NCBI GenBank assembly: GCA_964188305.1
Contig: OZ076886.1
Source: Podarcis bocagei
Taxonomy: Eukaryota
DNA length: 64,000 nucleotides
Direction: 5' to 3' (one strand)
The notes beneath the pieces were generated by a model. The model did not search any database. It had not been told where the DNA came from and was given only the letters and a program-made list of their open reading frames with translations. The position numbers and the translations under genes were made by a program. Positions 36,809 to 50,214 of this stretch are shown piece by piece. Numbering within the stretch: the stretch's first letter is position 1; the number at the start of each line of letters is the position of its first letter.

Positions 36809-38749
36809 TAAGTGGGATTTATGCAACTTGCAGCTCCGAAGTGCCTTCCTCCATTCAGGAATTTGTCATGTATGATGTGACCCTAACTCCTACCATGTTC
36901 CTTGTCCATTTCTCCTGAAGACCCTCTGATGATATTCTTTGCGTCCCAATTCTGCTATTTAACCCCAGTCCCTTATAATCTAACGTGACATGAAAGAAAT
37001 GATTGAAAATTAAATCTGAGGCTGACTTTTGTTATGCTTCCCTGGGAAACCATGTAAAAACTCTTCTTTGCAAATCAAGGAAATTCTGCACAGGCATTGC
37101 TCTAGAATCCTTTTGTTACCCAGTTTCAGAGCGAGCATTGAGAGGAGATGAACTGATGGTGTCTCTCTTCCAACTCTTTTAACATCCTATGATTCTGCTA
37201 GCATTTATATTTGGATTCTCCAGCAAATTCTGCCTGCAGGGAAAAGACAATAGCAACTCTGTAGCCCATCCGTTTGTGAAGCTCTGGCAACAGAGTGCTG
37301 TGTACAAGACTTTGAAAAAGCAGGCCTTATGTGCCACCAGGAAGCCTGTCACTTTCGTACTGACAGTTCCTCGGCCATTAATCTGGAATGCGCACAAATT
37401 CCTAGTTTTCTTTCATTTCATCGCCCTCGTTTTTGTTCATTAAAATGGCTGAGATATTTCACTCAGCAGCAATTATTGAGCAATAACTCTTTCCTCAGGA
37501 GTTTTTCCAGAGCTGATGCTCTGCTATCTGAGTGTTCTCTTGGGCCTTCTCCCAGGCAACCAACCCTTCTGCCTCCTCCTCCTCCATTTTTTTCTGTTAA
37601 AGAGTCATGTATCATGCCCAGAGGCTGAGCGGCTGAGGCAGTTGCTATCTCAGTGCAAGTAGCTGTTTTCCATACTTGGCATGCAGTTCTTACAAGGACA
37701 ACTTGATATAAAGGGGAACATCCCCTTTGGGCTTTGGATATTTCATTAGAATAAAGTGCTCAAGTGGGGTGTTGTTTTCCAATCCAGCTGACAAATTTCA
37801 GCTGCTGTTTCCCAACCCTAACCCGAAATATTTCTATATATTTTCTTAACTCTCTTGTTTCTCTCAGCTCCATTTATAGCCCTGAGGACAAGTGACAGGG
37901 GTGGTTTGGAGAGAAAGGAGCTGAAAGTATTTTTGCTTCAGTAGTTTATGGCAAATCCGCGCTCTAGATTGCACTCATTTTATTTCAGTACTGGTCTCAA
38001 ATTCAGCTGTAGGTCTCCAATTTTGAACTGAGGAATAGGCAACAGTTGCCTGTCTGTTCTTTGTGGCACTGTGTCAGCTGCCCAGACAAGGCAATTGGCA
38101 AAAATTCAGTTCAGCATTGCCTCTGGAGACTGTTTAGGTCATATATCTTGTGGTTCCAATGACTTGACTTTCCTCCTGCTATATAATTCCTGTATCTCCT
38201 CAGACTTCCAGTCTGACCATCCAAAGAGCTGAGCCTGAGAACACACCTTTCCACAGGTTTAGCTCACCCAACCTCAGCTTGCCTTGCTTAGCCTTATTCC
38301 ACCTGCCTCCCTTCCACTCCCATCCTTTGTACATTATATTGGAAGTCCATCCAACGTTGCTTCCAAATAAATGTGCATAAAATGGCACTCTTACTCAGCC
38401 AGCCTTTTTAGTGCATCACCTCAACCACCATCATTCCTAAGTCATTTCTTGGGGATGACAGTGGTTCAAATCCATTCCAAACAAGAACTTTGGGCTGAAT
38501 TTTGGATCCTTAGGTGCTTCAGTTTTTCAGACACACTGATGATTACACTGATGATTATCTGATGATTACAGATTTCTGTCGGCATTTCCCATTGTGATTT
38601 TAGGGTAGAAGCCAGTTGTTCGCCCAACTCCTCCTAAGCAAAGGCTGAAGCTTAAAGAAGCTGTGTTCTGATTCTGGGTCAAGAATCTTCTACTGAAATG
38701 AAACTGACTCAATTCAGATGAGGGGAAACTATTCTCTTCACTTTTTCCT

Positions 38750-39420
38750 GTTCATTTAAAAAATGTCTAGACTATCTTTCAAGGCACATTGCCCTCACAA
38801 GGCAGTGTGCAAAATTCCCAAGCAGAACCATCATAATCTAAAAACCAACAATTTTAAAGCACAAATATGACTCAAATATGTGCAATAACATTAATTCATA
38901 GCACAACTGTTAATTAAATGTGTTTTTAAAAAAGCCATGAAAAGCTTTCTAGAAAATGAACAGTGTTGAGGCCACACATGTATTTTATTGGGAAAGAAAG
39001 TTGCAGAAATAGGAGGCCATCATCAATGGTCTGTCCCTTGTACCTGTGAATATAGCATCTCTTACTGGTGAGCTGGAGAGCGTTTGATTTTAAAGTTCTG
39101 GCAGGTTGATTTGGGTCAAAGCAGTCTTTCACATAAGCTGGTCCCAAACTATTTAAGGCTTTAAAGGCCAAACCCAGCACTTTAACCTAATGGCGTTTCC
39201 ATGCACTGCTCTGGTTTTGCCAGAAGCAGCTTAGTCATGCTGGCCACATGACCCGGAAAAACTGTCTGCAGACAAACGCCAGCTCCCTCAGCCAGTAAAG
39301 CGAGATGAGCACCGCAACCCCAGAGTCATTTGCGACTGGACTTAACTGTCAGGGGTCCTTTACCTTTTTAGAAACAAATAGGTACCCAACATAGCTAGGA
39401 CTCAACTGATGCAATATGTT
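38750..39420 (-). mobile_element. L2 LINE 3' fragment interrupted by a Sauria SINE
   Basis: Minus-strand ORF LGLAFKALNSLGPAYVKD matches the L2 ORF2 motif FKALNGLGP.YL.D; PICF-like continuation beyond the SINE. Confidence 0.75.
39188..39369 (+). mobile_element. 5'-truncated Sauria SINE
   Basis: gccagaagcagcttagtcatgctggccacatgacccggaa...gcaaccccagagtc...caggggtcctttacctttt; matches the 3' half of 44409-44747. Confidence 0.9.
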
Positions 39421-39586
39421 CTAGTCACCTGACTCTGTACTTCAAACTGAGGGAAGTAAATGTCTTTTTTGCTCCCATTTATAGTTGTGACAGGGGCAGA
39501 CTTTAGCCTCACAGAAGATTTTGAAGATCAATATTTTATTGGGATTCTCTCTCAATATGACATTATTTTCCCTCTGTTGATTTTCA

Positions 39587-39590
<4 letters not shown>

Positions 39591-39636
<46 letters not shown>

Positions 39637-39640
39637 TGTG
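39591..39640. repeat. (TC)14(TG)11 compound microsatellite
   Basis: Read directly. Confidence 0.97.
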
Positions 39641-42524
39641 GTGGAAGACAGCAGAGACTGAATATACTTCCTCCATCTCTCTCGTATTTCTAATAGCTTT
39701 GTTCACCTCAGCTGCAACAGGGTTGCCATGGTGATCGATTCTGCCTGGCATCCACACTGCTTGTTTTATGAGGCAGTGCCCAGGCTTTGCCATTCCTTCA
39801 GCATGTGGTTTTATTGAAGGGGGGGCAAGGAGATGAGGATTGAATGTATCAATGGGGCATGGAGAGTGGAGGTTGGCTATCTCTGTCTGGGATCAGTGCG
39901 TTATGGTTTTCCTCAGTCATCCTCAATATAGCACATTCTAAATTCCCTCAGGTATTTCTGAGGTTTCTTTGTTCACATTTGAAAGCCCTTTACCTTTAAT
40001 ATCTGAAATATATCCTTTTCACATTTGGGTTAAACGTTGCTCCATTTTTCCTTAGCCCCTTGTCATATTTTTTATTATTAATTTGATTTATTAGTAGCTT
40101 GCCACATAAGGAGTCTCAAAATGACTTCCAAAATTTTAATAACGTAATACTCAACAGAGAGTAATACATTACAATAATAAGCATACCATTACCCATAAAA
40201 CAGGCCCAGTAAAAAGCCAGTTAAACAGCTTTTAAAATCGAAAATGCAAAATAGATAAAAGTAGTCTTATTAAATCCTAGCGTTAAACCTGAGATTCTTG
40301 TTCGAGTTAAAATAGGTCACCTTTCTACCATGTTTCCACAACTAGATAAATCCCGTCATTTGCTTAGGATGCACAATGGCCACAAAATTCAACATGTATC
40401 TGTATTTGCCATTTTGGAAAGCAACTCAATATGTTTCAGAAATGCTCTGTGTCTTTCCCATTTGGCTCATTATACAGGACCAGATTAGATTTGTTAAAAA
40501 CAAAACTTTGTTTTCTCCTCATCCACTATAATGAGGAATCTGAAATTGGCTATAACTTTCTTCCTCTCAATGAAATTTGCAGGAGTAGCAGACCCTCCAG
40601 AGTAGAGATTGTGCTTGCCAAATTGTAGACAGATACAGCCAGATGTTTTTGTGCGAGGCATATTTAAAAGTTTGATTTAAACAAAAAACAAAAGAAAAGT
40701 CTATAACTTTTTCACTTTCTGCATGAATTTGATGCAATTCACAAGCATGACCACCCTTTATGATGGGATGAAGGCTGCCAAATTTCAGTATGATAGCTTC
40801 AATGTTCTCTTGCAAGGGCAAACGTTAGCATTTTCAGGTGGATACAATAGAAAGCAGAGGTTTTGTACCCCAGAAAAAAGAAATGGTGCTGCAATTTTTG
40901 GAGAGCCTTGGCCCCAAAGGAAATCAGAAGCTTAAGGAAGCCCTGATCTGACTTGAGACACCTTTCTTAATGGTGCAATATGACTCAGGAATGTGAGAGC
41001 CTTCCCCATATCATCTCAATTCACCTCACAATCTGGGGATATATACAGAGCTGCTGCACACCCCTGACATTTACCATGCCCTCCCTTGCACACTTTCAGC
41101 ATAAAAATATGCATTCCTCCTACTCAAAAGTAAGTGCCATTGAGTTCAGTAGAATTTACTCTCAGGTAAGTGTGTATAGGATTTCAGGCTGGGAACAAAT
41201 GTGTGGTCAAAGTGGAAACAAATTATTCTAAAGTGGCTTTGGCTGCAAATCTGGCAAACATTTAGATGCCCTCAGGACACACTGAAATGAATGGAGTATG
41301 ATCTTATGAACAGCTTCCAGTGCTTTGTGTCATTTTCTTTAGTAAAGACTCGTATCATAAAGACTCATTTAGCAATGAATGAGGCTGGCAAAGTTATAAT
41401 GCCTCTCTTCAGATTTTGGTCCTTCATGTCGGATCCAAAGCAATTTCAAATAGTGACATTTCTCTCACAATAATAGCATTTGTTCAAAGAAAGATGGTGT
41501 GGACTGGATAGCAAAGTGTGTCATTGAATTAAAAGCAAATCAGAATATAGTGGTAGATTTACTGGGGATCCTACACTTGATCTCTGGGGGTTCTGCTGTA
41601 GTAGGCTCCATCAATGATACAGGAGGCTTTGTCCAATGGCCAGTATTATCTACAGTGCAGGGGGGAACTCTGGAGATGCCAGGAACCACAAAATCATGCT
41701 TCATAGCTTTTCTGTGAAGCTGGGGGTATCAGATTCCAGAACAGGTTTGAAAGACTTTATGGAGAATTCTTAATCTAGCAAGACTTTTCAGAGTAAAACC
41801 TACTGGTTATGCCCATCCCAGCCAATAAGCCAGCACTCCTATTACAGGGTTCCTGTTACAGTGCAAACAGCAATGTGTATTTGATGTAGGCTTCTCTTCA
41901 TTCATAATACAGAACATATGAATACAGTAGAATTGGGGGAAGTGCTATTTACTAGTAGCACACGGCTAATTATATAGCAAGATCTCACCAGTCTCTCCCC
42001 ACTACAGCTGTTAATTTTCTGTAAATATGTTTTTAATGAGCCACTAGTAGTTACAACATAAAGTAGCTGTAGCAGCAAGGGCTGTCTCCTTAGATTTAGC
42101 AGGCTCCTGCCACATACTGACAGACATTAATTTAAAGCTATATAATACCTTATCAAAACCCCATTAAAAACATGGCTTACTTGCTTCTCTTCACTGAGTA
42201 TGCCAAGTCCCGAAGAAATCCACATGAGAGCAGTTACAAAGCCCAAGGAGTGGCTAGGATAATAAGGCAGGGTGGGGAGTGAGAAATGGGGGGGGGGGTC
42301 CTATCTGATCACACAGAAAAATCATATGTATCTTATTTATGTCCCATCCTTCATCCCAGAGTCTCAGGACAGCAGATGTGGTTCTTCTTCCTCCTCTCAT
42401 TTTAAATTTACAAGAATCCTATAAGGCAAGTTAGCCTGAAAAATACTCAAGGGCATCCAGTAAATTTCCTAGTGGAATATGGATCTGACGCCAACTCTCC
42501 ACAGTCCTAGTTTGTACATACATT

Positions 42525-42528
<4 letters not shown>

Positions 42529-42610
<82 letters not shown>
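42529..42610. repeat. (TC)n(AC)n compound microsatellite
   Basis: Read directly. Confidence 0.97.
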
Positions 42611-42612
<2 letters not shown>

Positions 42613-43714
42613 TCTGAGTTTTCAGTGGTGAACCAAAAAAGTAGGGGTGCATATATCTAGCCATGTGCAAATCTGTAAAACATTAAGAAGAAACACTGTG
42701 CCCAGGATCATCCCCGAGAAAGGGTGGATGAGTGTGTCTTCCTGGTACGCAATTTTTTTAGGTTCACAAGTGATAATTTTTTAGGAACTACTTTGTCTCT
42801 GGCAAATGAATGGCTGTTGCTACAATTATGTGCAAGCTTTATATGCCGAAGGCAAAACAACAACAACTCTGCTTCACTTCAAAAACTAGGAATGACTGTT
42901 TGACCTGTAAAAGTATTGAAGCTGTAGTTAAGAGGTATAATAAAAAGTAATTGCAAATGCTTTTAAAAGATACTGCTTTTAAATGTAATATTAAATTATC
43001 CCAAATGTGTCCAGCTTAGTTTTGCTCATTGTCTCCTGCCACTTGCCTTCCCCTTCCTGAATTTGCAAAGGTCCGCTGCCTAAAACCGTCTCCAAGTGCA
43101 GAGATTGGCAGAGCTATTATGGAAGTAGCAGAAGCAACCTCTACGCTGGGAACAGGATACAACACGAAGAGTCTATTCAGCAGGCTGCATAAAGACAACA
43201 AGGAACAATTAATGAATTAATAAGCAAAATACGAAGGCCTTTGGCAGAGATGTGCCAGTGCTGGCACAGCCTCAATGATGTTAACTTAGAGCAGATGGTT
43301 AATTTCTGCTTTTTGTACACTCTATCAGCCGTTTGTAATATGCCATGGGCCCTAGTTGTAAAAATATGAAAAAGCCACCAGTCTGGTTGTGTTGCACATT
43401 CTGGGAGGAACCACTTTAGAGCAAAACGTGCTTCCTCTGGCCCGAAAAGAGAGACGCCATAGACTGAGGAAGCCCTCTCCAACCTTTGTTTACATAGGAG
43501 AAACTTGGTTGGTTTGGAAAGCACAGAGTCTGTTTGATATGGTGATCAATCTCACAATCTTTAGATGCCAGTGAATGACCAGGAGGACAGGCACTTCCCT
43601 CTTGAGTCAGAGTTAGCATAGGATCTTCCGGCATTATGATACAAAGTAGGGTTGCTCTCATTGCGTGCTAGTGGCTGCCAATGGCTACAATTTCTGTCCA
43701 GTAAAAAGAACTTG

Positions 43715-44303
43715 GGGTGCCACAAGCAGCTGGTGATGCGGAGCAACCCTCCTGATACCGGCATTGCTGCATCTTACCTAGGTGTGCTGGGGGTGAGGCA
43801 TAGCAGCAGTGAGGTTGGGACTACACAGATGGATTGGCTCTGCCAGTTCATCCAGGAAACCTCAATCTTGCTGCCGTCATGCCCCATCCCAGCAGCATCC
43901 AGGTAAATTACAGCAGTGGCCCAGCATTGGGAGGGGGCACAGGGGCAAAAATGGCAGGGGTGCAAAATTTCAACACCCAGTGCTACCTCAGTACAGATAC
44001 ACACTTCCATTGATGGGCTCCATTGAAAAAAGCTTCTGTTTCTCCATGTGAACCAGGAAGTGACGTCTTCAGACAATGGAATGACTCTTATCTCTGTGGC
44101 TGCAATCTCCTGGGTGATGTGTACCTTGTCAAACAGCTGAATGCATATGTGTACTCCGTCCATTTTCCTCCCTCACCCCCCCCCCCCCGGTGCAGCCACG
44201 GGCTCTGCCATCCCACGCTACACTACTGAGTTGCAGTAATGCCGGGTGTCGGAATGGGAGCTCTGTGCCACCACACTGGACATGATTGTTGCGTGTGAAA
44301 ACC
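43715..44303. mobile_element. Old long-armed palindromic element interrupted by a hAT MITE
   Basis: Left arm gataccggcattgctgcatcttacctaggtgtgctgggg...gaggtt pairs with aacctc...cccagcagcatccaggtaa[insert]ttgcagtaatgccgggtgtc. Confidence 0.65.
43914..44228 (+). mobile_element. hAT MITE with CAGTGGCGTAGC-type termini
   Basis: cagtggcccagcattggg / cccacgctacactactg; TSD AATTACAG / AGTTGCAG (6/8). Confidence 0.7.
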
Positions 44304-44408
44304 TGCCTTCCATTTGAGGGAGTAAATGTGAAATTTCCATAGCGACAGCATTGCAGATTTTTATCCTGGGAAGTATGATTGATTAGTAGGTATCTAAGGA
44401 CAAAGTAA

Positions 44409-44747
44409 GGGACGCGGGTGGTGCTGTGGGTTAAACCACAGAGCCTAGGACTTGTTGATCAGAAGATCGACGGTTTGAATCCCTGCGACGGGGTGAGCTC
44501 CTGTTGCTCGGTCCCTGCTCCTGCCAACCTAGCAGTTCGAAAGCATGAAAAGCAAGTAGATAAATACCTTCCAACAGGAAGGTAATCGGCATTTCGGTGC
44601 ACTGCTGTGGTTCGCCAGAAGCGGCTTAGTCATGCTGGCCACATGACCTGGAAGTGACTCCCTCGGCCAGTAAAGCAAGATTAGTGCTGCAACCCCAGAG
44701 TAGATCATGACTGGATCTAATGATCAGGGGTCCCTATACCTTTACCT
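44409..44747 (+). mobile_element. Near full-length Sauria SINE
   Basis: gggacgcgggtggtgctgtgggttaaaccacagagcc head and (acctt)n tail; perfect 14-bp TSD TAAGGACAAAGTAA at 44395-44408 and 44748-44761. Confidence 0.95.
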
Positions 44748-45769
44748 TAAGGACAAAGTAAATGCACGTGTATATTTTACATGCTAGCAAATGCTACTGC
44801 TTGCCTTTAATGGGATAACGAGGTTGCCATGATAATAGCTGATTACTAGGAAAGAAGCCCAACATATTTACTGAGGATTAAAATCTGTAAATGACATTAA
44901 TCTCCTGAATAGTTGCTAAACCTGTGCAAATCAGATTTTTTTTTAATATAATCAATTGATATTGGAAAAAGAACCTTATTAAATGAAATTAAATGCTAAT
45001 TTCATTCATTTAAAACAGTACGAGATTTCCTTGCACATTTATTCCTTGCTTCAGGCAAACATCTGTGTATATGCTAACTTAAATCTGTTTATCAGACAAC
45101 TCAAAAACAAAATGTATTTTCCCAAGGAAAAATAACTACCTAATAGAATCATTCTTAGAACTCAGTATTACACTTTTTATTTGTTTCTTGGCCAAGGATA
45201 TTAAAACATTTCCCCATATTTAGAATGATATCCTGCTCAGAGGGTTATCAGTGCCATGTTCTTGGCAACAGTTAAAAGATTTTGGCTGTGGTCCTGAAAC
45301 TGATTTACCAGGGAGTAAGTCCTCTTGAGTTCAGTAGGCATTACTTCTGAGTAGATAGCTATAGGACTGCATTGTTATGCTACAGCCGTACGCCTGTTTA
45401 CATGGGAGCCAGCCCTGCTGAGCATAGTATGACTCACTTTCTTCAAAATAAACATTTGTAGTTTGGGCAATTGAACCCTAAATGTAATACAAATATTATT
45501 GTAGGAAGAAGATATCAAGAGCCATCTAGAAATAATGTATCATTAGGGTGAGCTGCATTTGCAAGGCAAGTTTGACCAGATTCCTCTCACACCCGGGGGT
45601 GGAGGTGGGGAGTGGGTTTTGAAAGGAGGGGTGTATCCATGTTGTTTTCATAAGTGAACACAAAAATACATAGTTCTGTGTCATTAAAATAGATTATTTG
45701 ACATTTGCACCGTGCCCCGTTCATGCTGGCATGCACCAAAACAGGGCAGCTATTGTGGGCACATATGGG

Positions 45770-46005
45770 CAGGAATGTGTGGAAACGCCCTTGTGAGTTG
45801 TTTCTAGTCTTATCTAAGCTCTTTTGGCTTCTCTAGAAGTTCCTCAGGTGTTTCACTCGAGGAAGAACGCCCCCCCAAAAATTGCTTCGGAATTTTGCTT
45901 GAGGGAAAAACCCAGTGACAAACTCAGGATGTGTGGAAACGCCCTGAAAAATGTTGCTAGTCTTATCTAACTTGTTTGATTGCCATGGAAGTTCCTCAGG
46001 TGTTT
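45770..46005. repeat. Diverged direct duplication (~84-bp unit, ~155-bp period)
   Basis: atgtgtggaaacgccct, ctagtcttatctaa and gaagttcctcaggtgttt occur in the same order at 45770-45853 and 45925-46005. Confidence 0.85.
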
Positions 46006-47412
46006 TGCCCAACCAGAAATGCCCATATTTAATTGAAGCAAGGTTGTGGGTGAATGTCCAGGGCAGAGACATATGTTGAAGCAGGACTCAAGAAGAGAGC
46101 GGGAGCCCTTGTTACTACTTGATGCTCAACCTCATAAAACTTTCCTTATTTCCTGCAGGCTCGTTTCTTTAGACTGCACTTGGCCTGCTTAAGAATGAAT
46201 AGGCTGGCCACCCCATTTTACTTAATGATATATTGGATTGTACCACTTGGCTGAATGGGTGGTTGAGAAATGTCATAAATAACTAAAATAAAAAATCAAT
46301 CTTGTTATATCATGGGGGCATAATGGCTGAGTTTAGACATAATGGTAAACTATGGTTTTGTATCACATGTTTGAGCCTCAGGCTCACTTATTCCTTCCCC
46401 TCTTTACTTCTGGCAGTGATAGAAGCTTTTGCTTCCATTTTCAGTCAATAGGAACTCTTGTAAACTTTATATTTAATGGCAGATGCTCATTTATGAGCAT
46501 GGGCTGATACCACTGATGGTGGAGAAAATAACAATTGCATATAACCATATAATTTTGATTATTCCATTTTCTTTTGAGCCTATGGCCTAGCTAGACTGAA
46601 TAGGGCTGTGCCTGCATGCCATTTACAGCGCAGAACTAGTGGCTTTTAGGTACTATATGTAGAAACTATGTTGTTAGAATCTATGGTGGCCATTGTATGC
46701 ATGAAAAGAAAATCAGCTAGGCATAGCAATTGTGATTAATCTGGAATTGTTTGAAAGGGGATATTAGGAGACATTTAATGAATAGGAAAATTAGTCAAAG
46801 TCTTCATAAAGAAAGACATTGAAAAATGGTTATATGGAATCATATTATATGATGCGGGCTGATCTGAAGAACTAAATGATTTTGATTGGTTCAGGCTGAT
46901 GACATTGTGTTGCAACTACTGAGATGGTTGTGATCCTTTGAGTGTTGAATAGAAATCCCATGTGCAATCTGGAAGCATGTAAGAAACATTGATGTGGGTG
47001 TGGTTCTTTGCAACCCCCTTATTTTTGAGGCTGTTCCTATATTTAATCTCTCTACAAATAAATCAGGGTGAAGACTCCATAAGCACCTTATCTGGAAGCA
47101 TCCAGGTAGAGCTGAAGAGGGCAAATGGCAAATACAAATGAGCATTTTATTCTTCGTGTTCCCACCATAATGTAAAGTACAGTAAATAATGTGTGGCGGT
47201 TGCCAATACTACAAGGTAAACATGACATCTGAAATGCTGCCTGGAGTCACAGAACTCCAGTAACTGACTTACTATGTGCCTCATAACTGAGCATACATCA
47301 AAGGGGCCATAAAGAAATTATGAGGCAGTACGCCCATGCTGAGGGACTGAGACAAAAAAGACTTCTTTGGTTGGGGGCTCAGAAGCTCTTTGCTTCTTTT
47401 ATTTACCATAAT

Positions 47413-47560
47413 CAGTGTTTTTTTCTGGGGGGGACGCAGGGGTACGCATACCCCTAAACATTTAGTGAATCTGAGTTTGGCCTCATTGAGGGGCAATATT
47501 TCAATATGAGTAGAAAATTGGGAGTACCCCTAAACATTTTTTTTAGGAAAAAAAGCACTG
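47413..47560 (+). mobile_element. 148-bp hAT MITE
   Basis: TIR CAGTGTTTTTTT / AAAAAAGCACTG; internal repeat tacccctaaacattt twice; perfect TSD ACCATAAT at 47405-47412 and 47561-47568. Confidence 0.92.
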
Positions 47561-47742
47561 ACCATAATGTTTTTTAAAAAACAAAAAACCACTCAAGATG
47601 TGCAAGGACAGAAAATTATTGCTGTAACCTCTCCTCTTGAAACTGAAAGCCCTATTTTTCAGTCAAGAGAAGCAGACACATGATTGAAGGAAAATGGCAA
47701 GATCCTTAAACATCTGTTTATTATTTCTGAGATTTGTAAATG

Positions 47743-47920
47743 CATAGGAAGCTGCCTTATACTGAGTCAGACCATTTGTCCATCTAGCTCAGAAATGTCA
47801 ACAGTGACTGGCAGTGGCTCTCCAAAGTTTCAGTCAGGGTTATCTCCCTTCCCTACCTGGAGATGCCAGGGATTGCACTTGGGGCCTTCTGCATGCAAAG
47901 CAGGTGCCACACCTCTTCCC
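47743..47920 (-). mobile_element. tRNA(Ala-like)-headed SINE
   Basis: ataggaagctgccttatactgagtcagaccatt...ctggagatgccagggattg...ccttctgcatgcaaagcag. Confidence 0.85.
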
Positions 47921-48502
47921 CTACAAGAACTGAGCCCGGGGGGTGTTCAGGCTGCTGCATCAGCAGCTGCTTGTGAATAGTGTCTAAGGCTGCAGCCTAT
48001 ATGCTCTTTCCTGGAAGGAAAGTCCCATTGAGTTCATCTGAATTTACTTTGGAGTAAACATGCGCAGACGTGCAGTGCAAGTCATACCTGATAACATGAA
48101 ATCCTCGTATTAGACCTCTGCGTTACTACATCAGTGGCTTTCTCACAGCAAGGAAAGAACTTGCTGTGCCTAAGGAAATGTTTTTGACCACAGTTCAGGG
48201 CCAATGCATAATGTGCATGACACGTGAAATAACCACTACATGCTGACCGCTCTATAAATTGCTCCCATAGTGGCTTTCTTCACATAGCAAGTTGTTTGTG
48301 CTCAGGAACTTGTAGGTTTGTCATACATCAGGAAAATTCCTGACATGTCCTAGTTTTGGGGTGTAAAAATGGCGTCAGAGTGGGGCAGGGGGAGGTTTCA
48401 GGTGCACACACTGAACTAGAGAAATTCCTGTCTGTGTATATGTGTTTCCCATTAGTACGATTCATCTTCCACTTGTTGGTGTCAAAGGCCTTGGGTCATA
48501 CC

Positions 48503-48925
48503 TAGGGATGGGCAAATCCATAAATCTCAGTTTCCCACTCTTAAGATCAGTTCGCCACATTTACCACATCAGTTTGCTCTTTTTTTAAAAAAAAAAAGGC
48601 CTCCTGAAAATTCACCAGCATTTTTGTGCAAATTCCTCATTCTTGTAAGTATTCCCGACAAATATACACATTTTTGCTAGAAGAAATCACATTTTATGCA
48701 TTTCTATATGCAGTCTTTCCTAATATATGCATCTTTAGGCACACTTTCACTTAGAACATGCATTTTTGTACACCTTGCTTGGCTGGAGAACGGCATTGCA
48801 AAATTCAGAGAAGTGAAAATTTTACAAGGAGGCTATGTTTCCATTTGTGCACTGATTTTGGAAAGGGCAAATTAGGAAGATGTACCTTTAAATGTGAACT
48901 GAATTGAATTTCTCCCTGTTTCCTA
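48503..48925 (-). mobile_element. ~400-bp hAT-like MITE, inverted relative to the other three copies
   Basis: tagggatgggcaaat ... aatttctccctgtttccta. Confidence 0.8.
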
Positions 48926-50214
48926 TACATAACATATGGGCCTGGTGCTCACAGAGCTCACTCTGCAGTCCTGTGACTTATAGAACCTGCAGGCAGAGGA
49001 ACAGTGTGATTTGGTCAATATAATTAATGGAATGCCACTGGCTGCTTTTTTCCTTTGTTGAATTATAGTTGATATTATTTTAGATGGAAAAGGGGAAATA
49101 AGTGATCTCTGGGTAGAATTCAGACCAACGTTCCATCTGCAAAAGCATTTCAGCTTGTCAGGCTTCTTCTCCCCCCACATGCTGCTCTGGGGTTCTCTTG
49201 ACACCCCCCCATCAAGCCAACTTTGGGGGAAGGGGGAGGAGAAAGCCCCGTTGCACAAGAGGAAATCCTTGCACAAGAGTAAATTTGGTAGCATGTTGCT
49301 CACTCGTAGAAACACATATACTTTTCCAGCACCCGGATAACTAATAACCACAGCACGCCTTGGGAAATGGCCACACACCATAAACTTTTTGAATAAACGT
49401 AACCTAGTGATTAAGCATTAAAATCTACATAGTTCCCTACGTTCTGTTGTCCAACTCCTTGTATTCTTCTGGGGCGCTGTGCATGTCGTTGACTGCACAA
49501 GTATCTGCATGTAAAGCAATTCCTTGGCCTCATTATACTTGTTAGCTAGATGACAGCCATGCAGGCAGATGGCAACTAATGTTCAGGAATAGTTTGATTT
49601 CGTGGAGTGAAGCGGCAGAAAGCCATCGCCATACCAATGGAGTCACGATTCAAACTTTGAACTGTACAATACAGGGGTGTGGTGAGGAACTGCTCATATA
49701 AAAATTGTTCTGTTCATTAGATATAATATTGAATTTGGAAGCCACATGGGAAAGAAGGCGTATGGCTTTAACGGGGAACCAATATCTAAGTCTGCCATCT
49801 TTGATTGTTGAGCCTATGTTCAAAGCCGTAAGTACTAGTCCCATAATATTATATTATATATGTGGTTAGATGCCTGCACCCCCCCCCCAAAGTCACCAGA
49901 ATTCCATTGACTAGCTGGCTTGACCAGTCTAGCTCTCCAATTCATTCTATTAAACTTGAGAATAGGAAATTTATTTTGGTTCCCTCAGGAGCCAAAGAAT
50001 AAAAATCAGGAAAGGCTAGCCACCATCTTTCCTTATGGCTTTCCAGCTTGGTATGAGAGCCCCTTTCCCCAGTTAGTGCCCAAATAAATTTAAATTGCTA
50101 AATATTTGCAAAGCTTGGCATATGATTTTGCTTCTAGTTCTGAAACAAGAGGCGAAATGCAAGAAAAGATGAACTTCTTTGGTGGCAATTCTTCTAGTCA
50201 TGCCTGTCTCGTTG

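Noticed and set aside
38536-38570. Three tandem copies of ctgatgatta resembling a hammerhead CUGAUGA or C/D boxes
   Set aside because: A simple 11-12 bp slippage duplication with no GAAA box or supporting stems.
45770-46005. CRISPR-like repeat-spacer array
   Set aside because: Eukaryotic DNA, only two units, made of different blocks rather than one repeated unit, and no cas genes.
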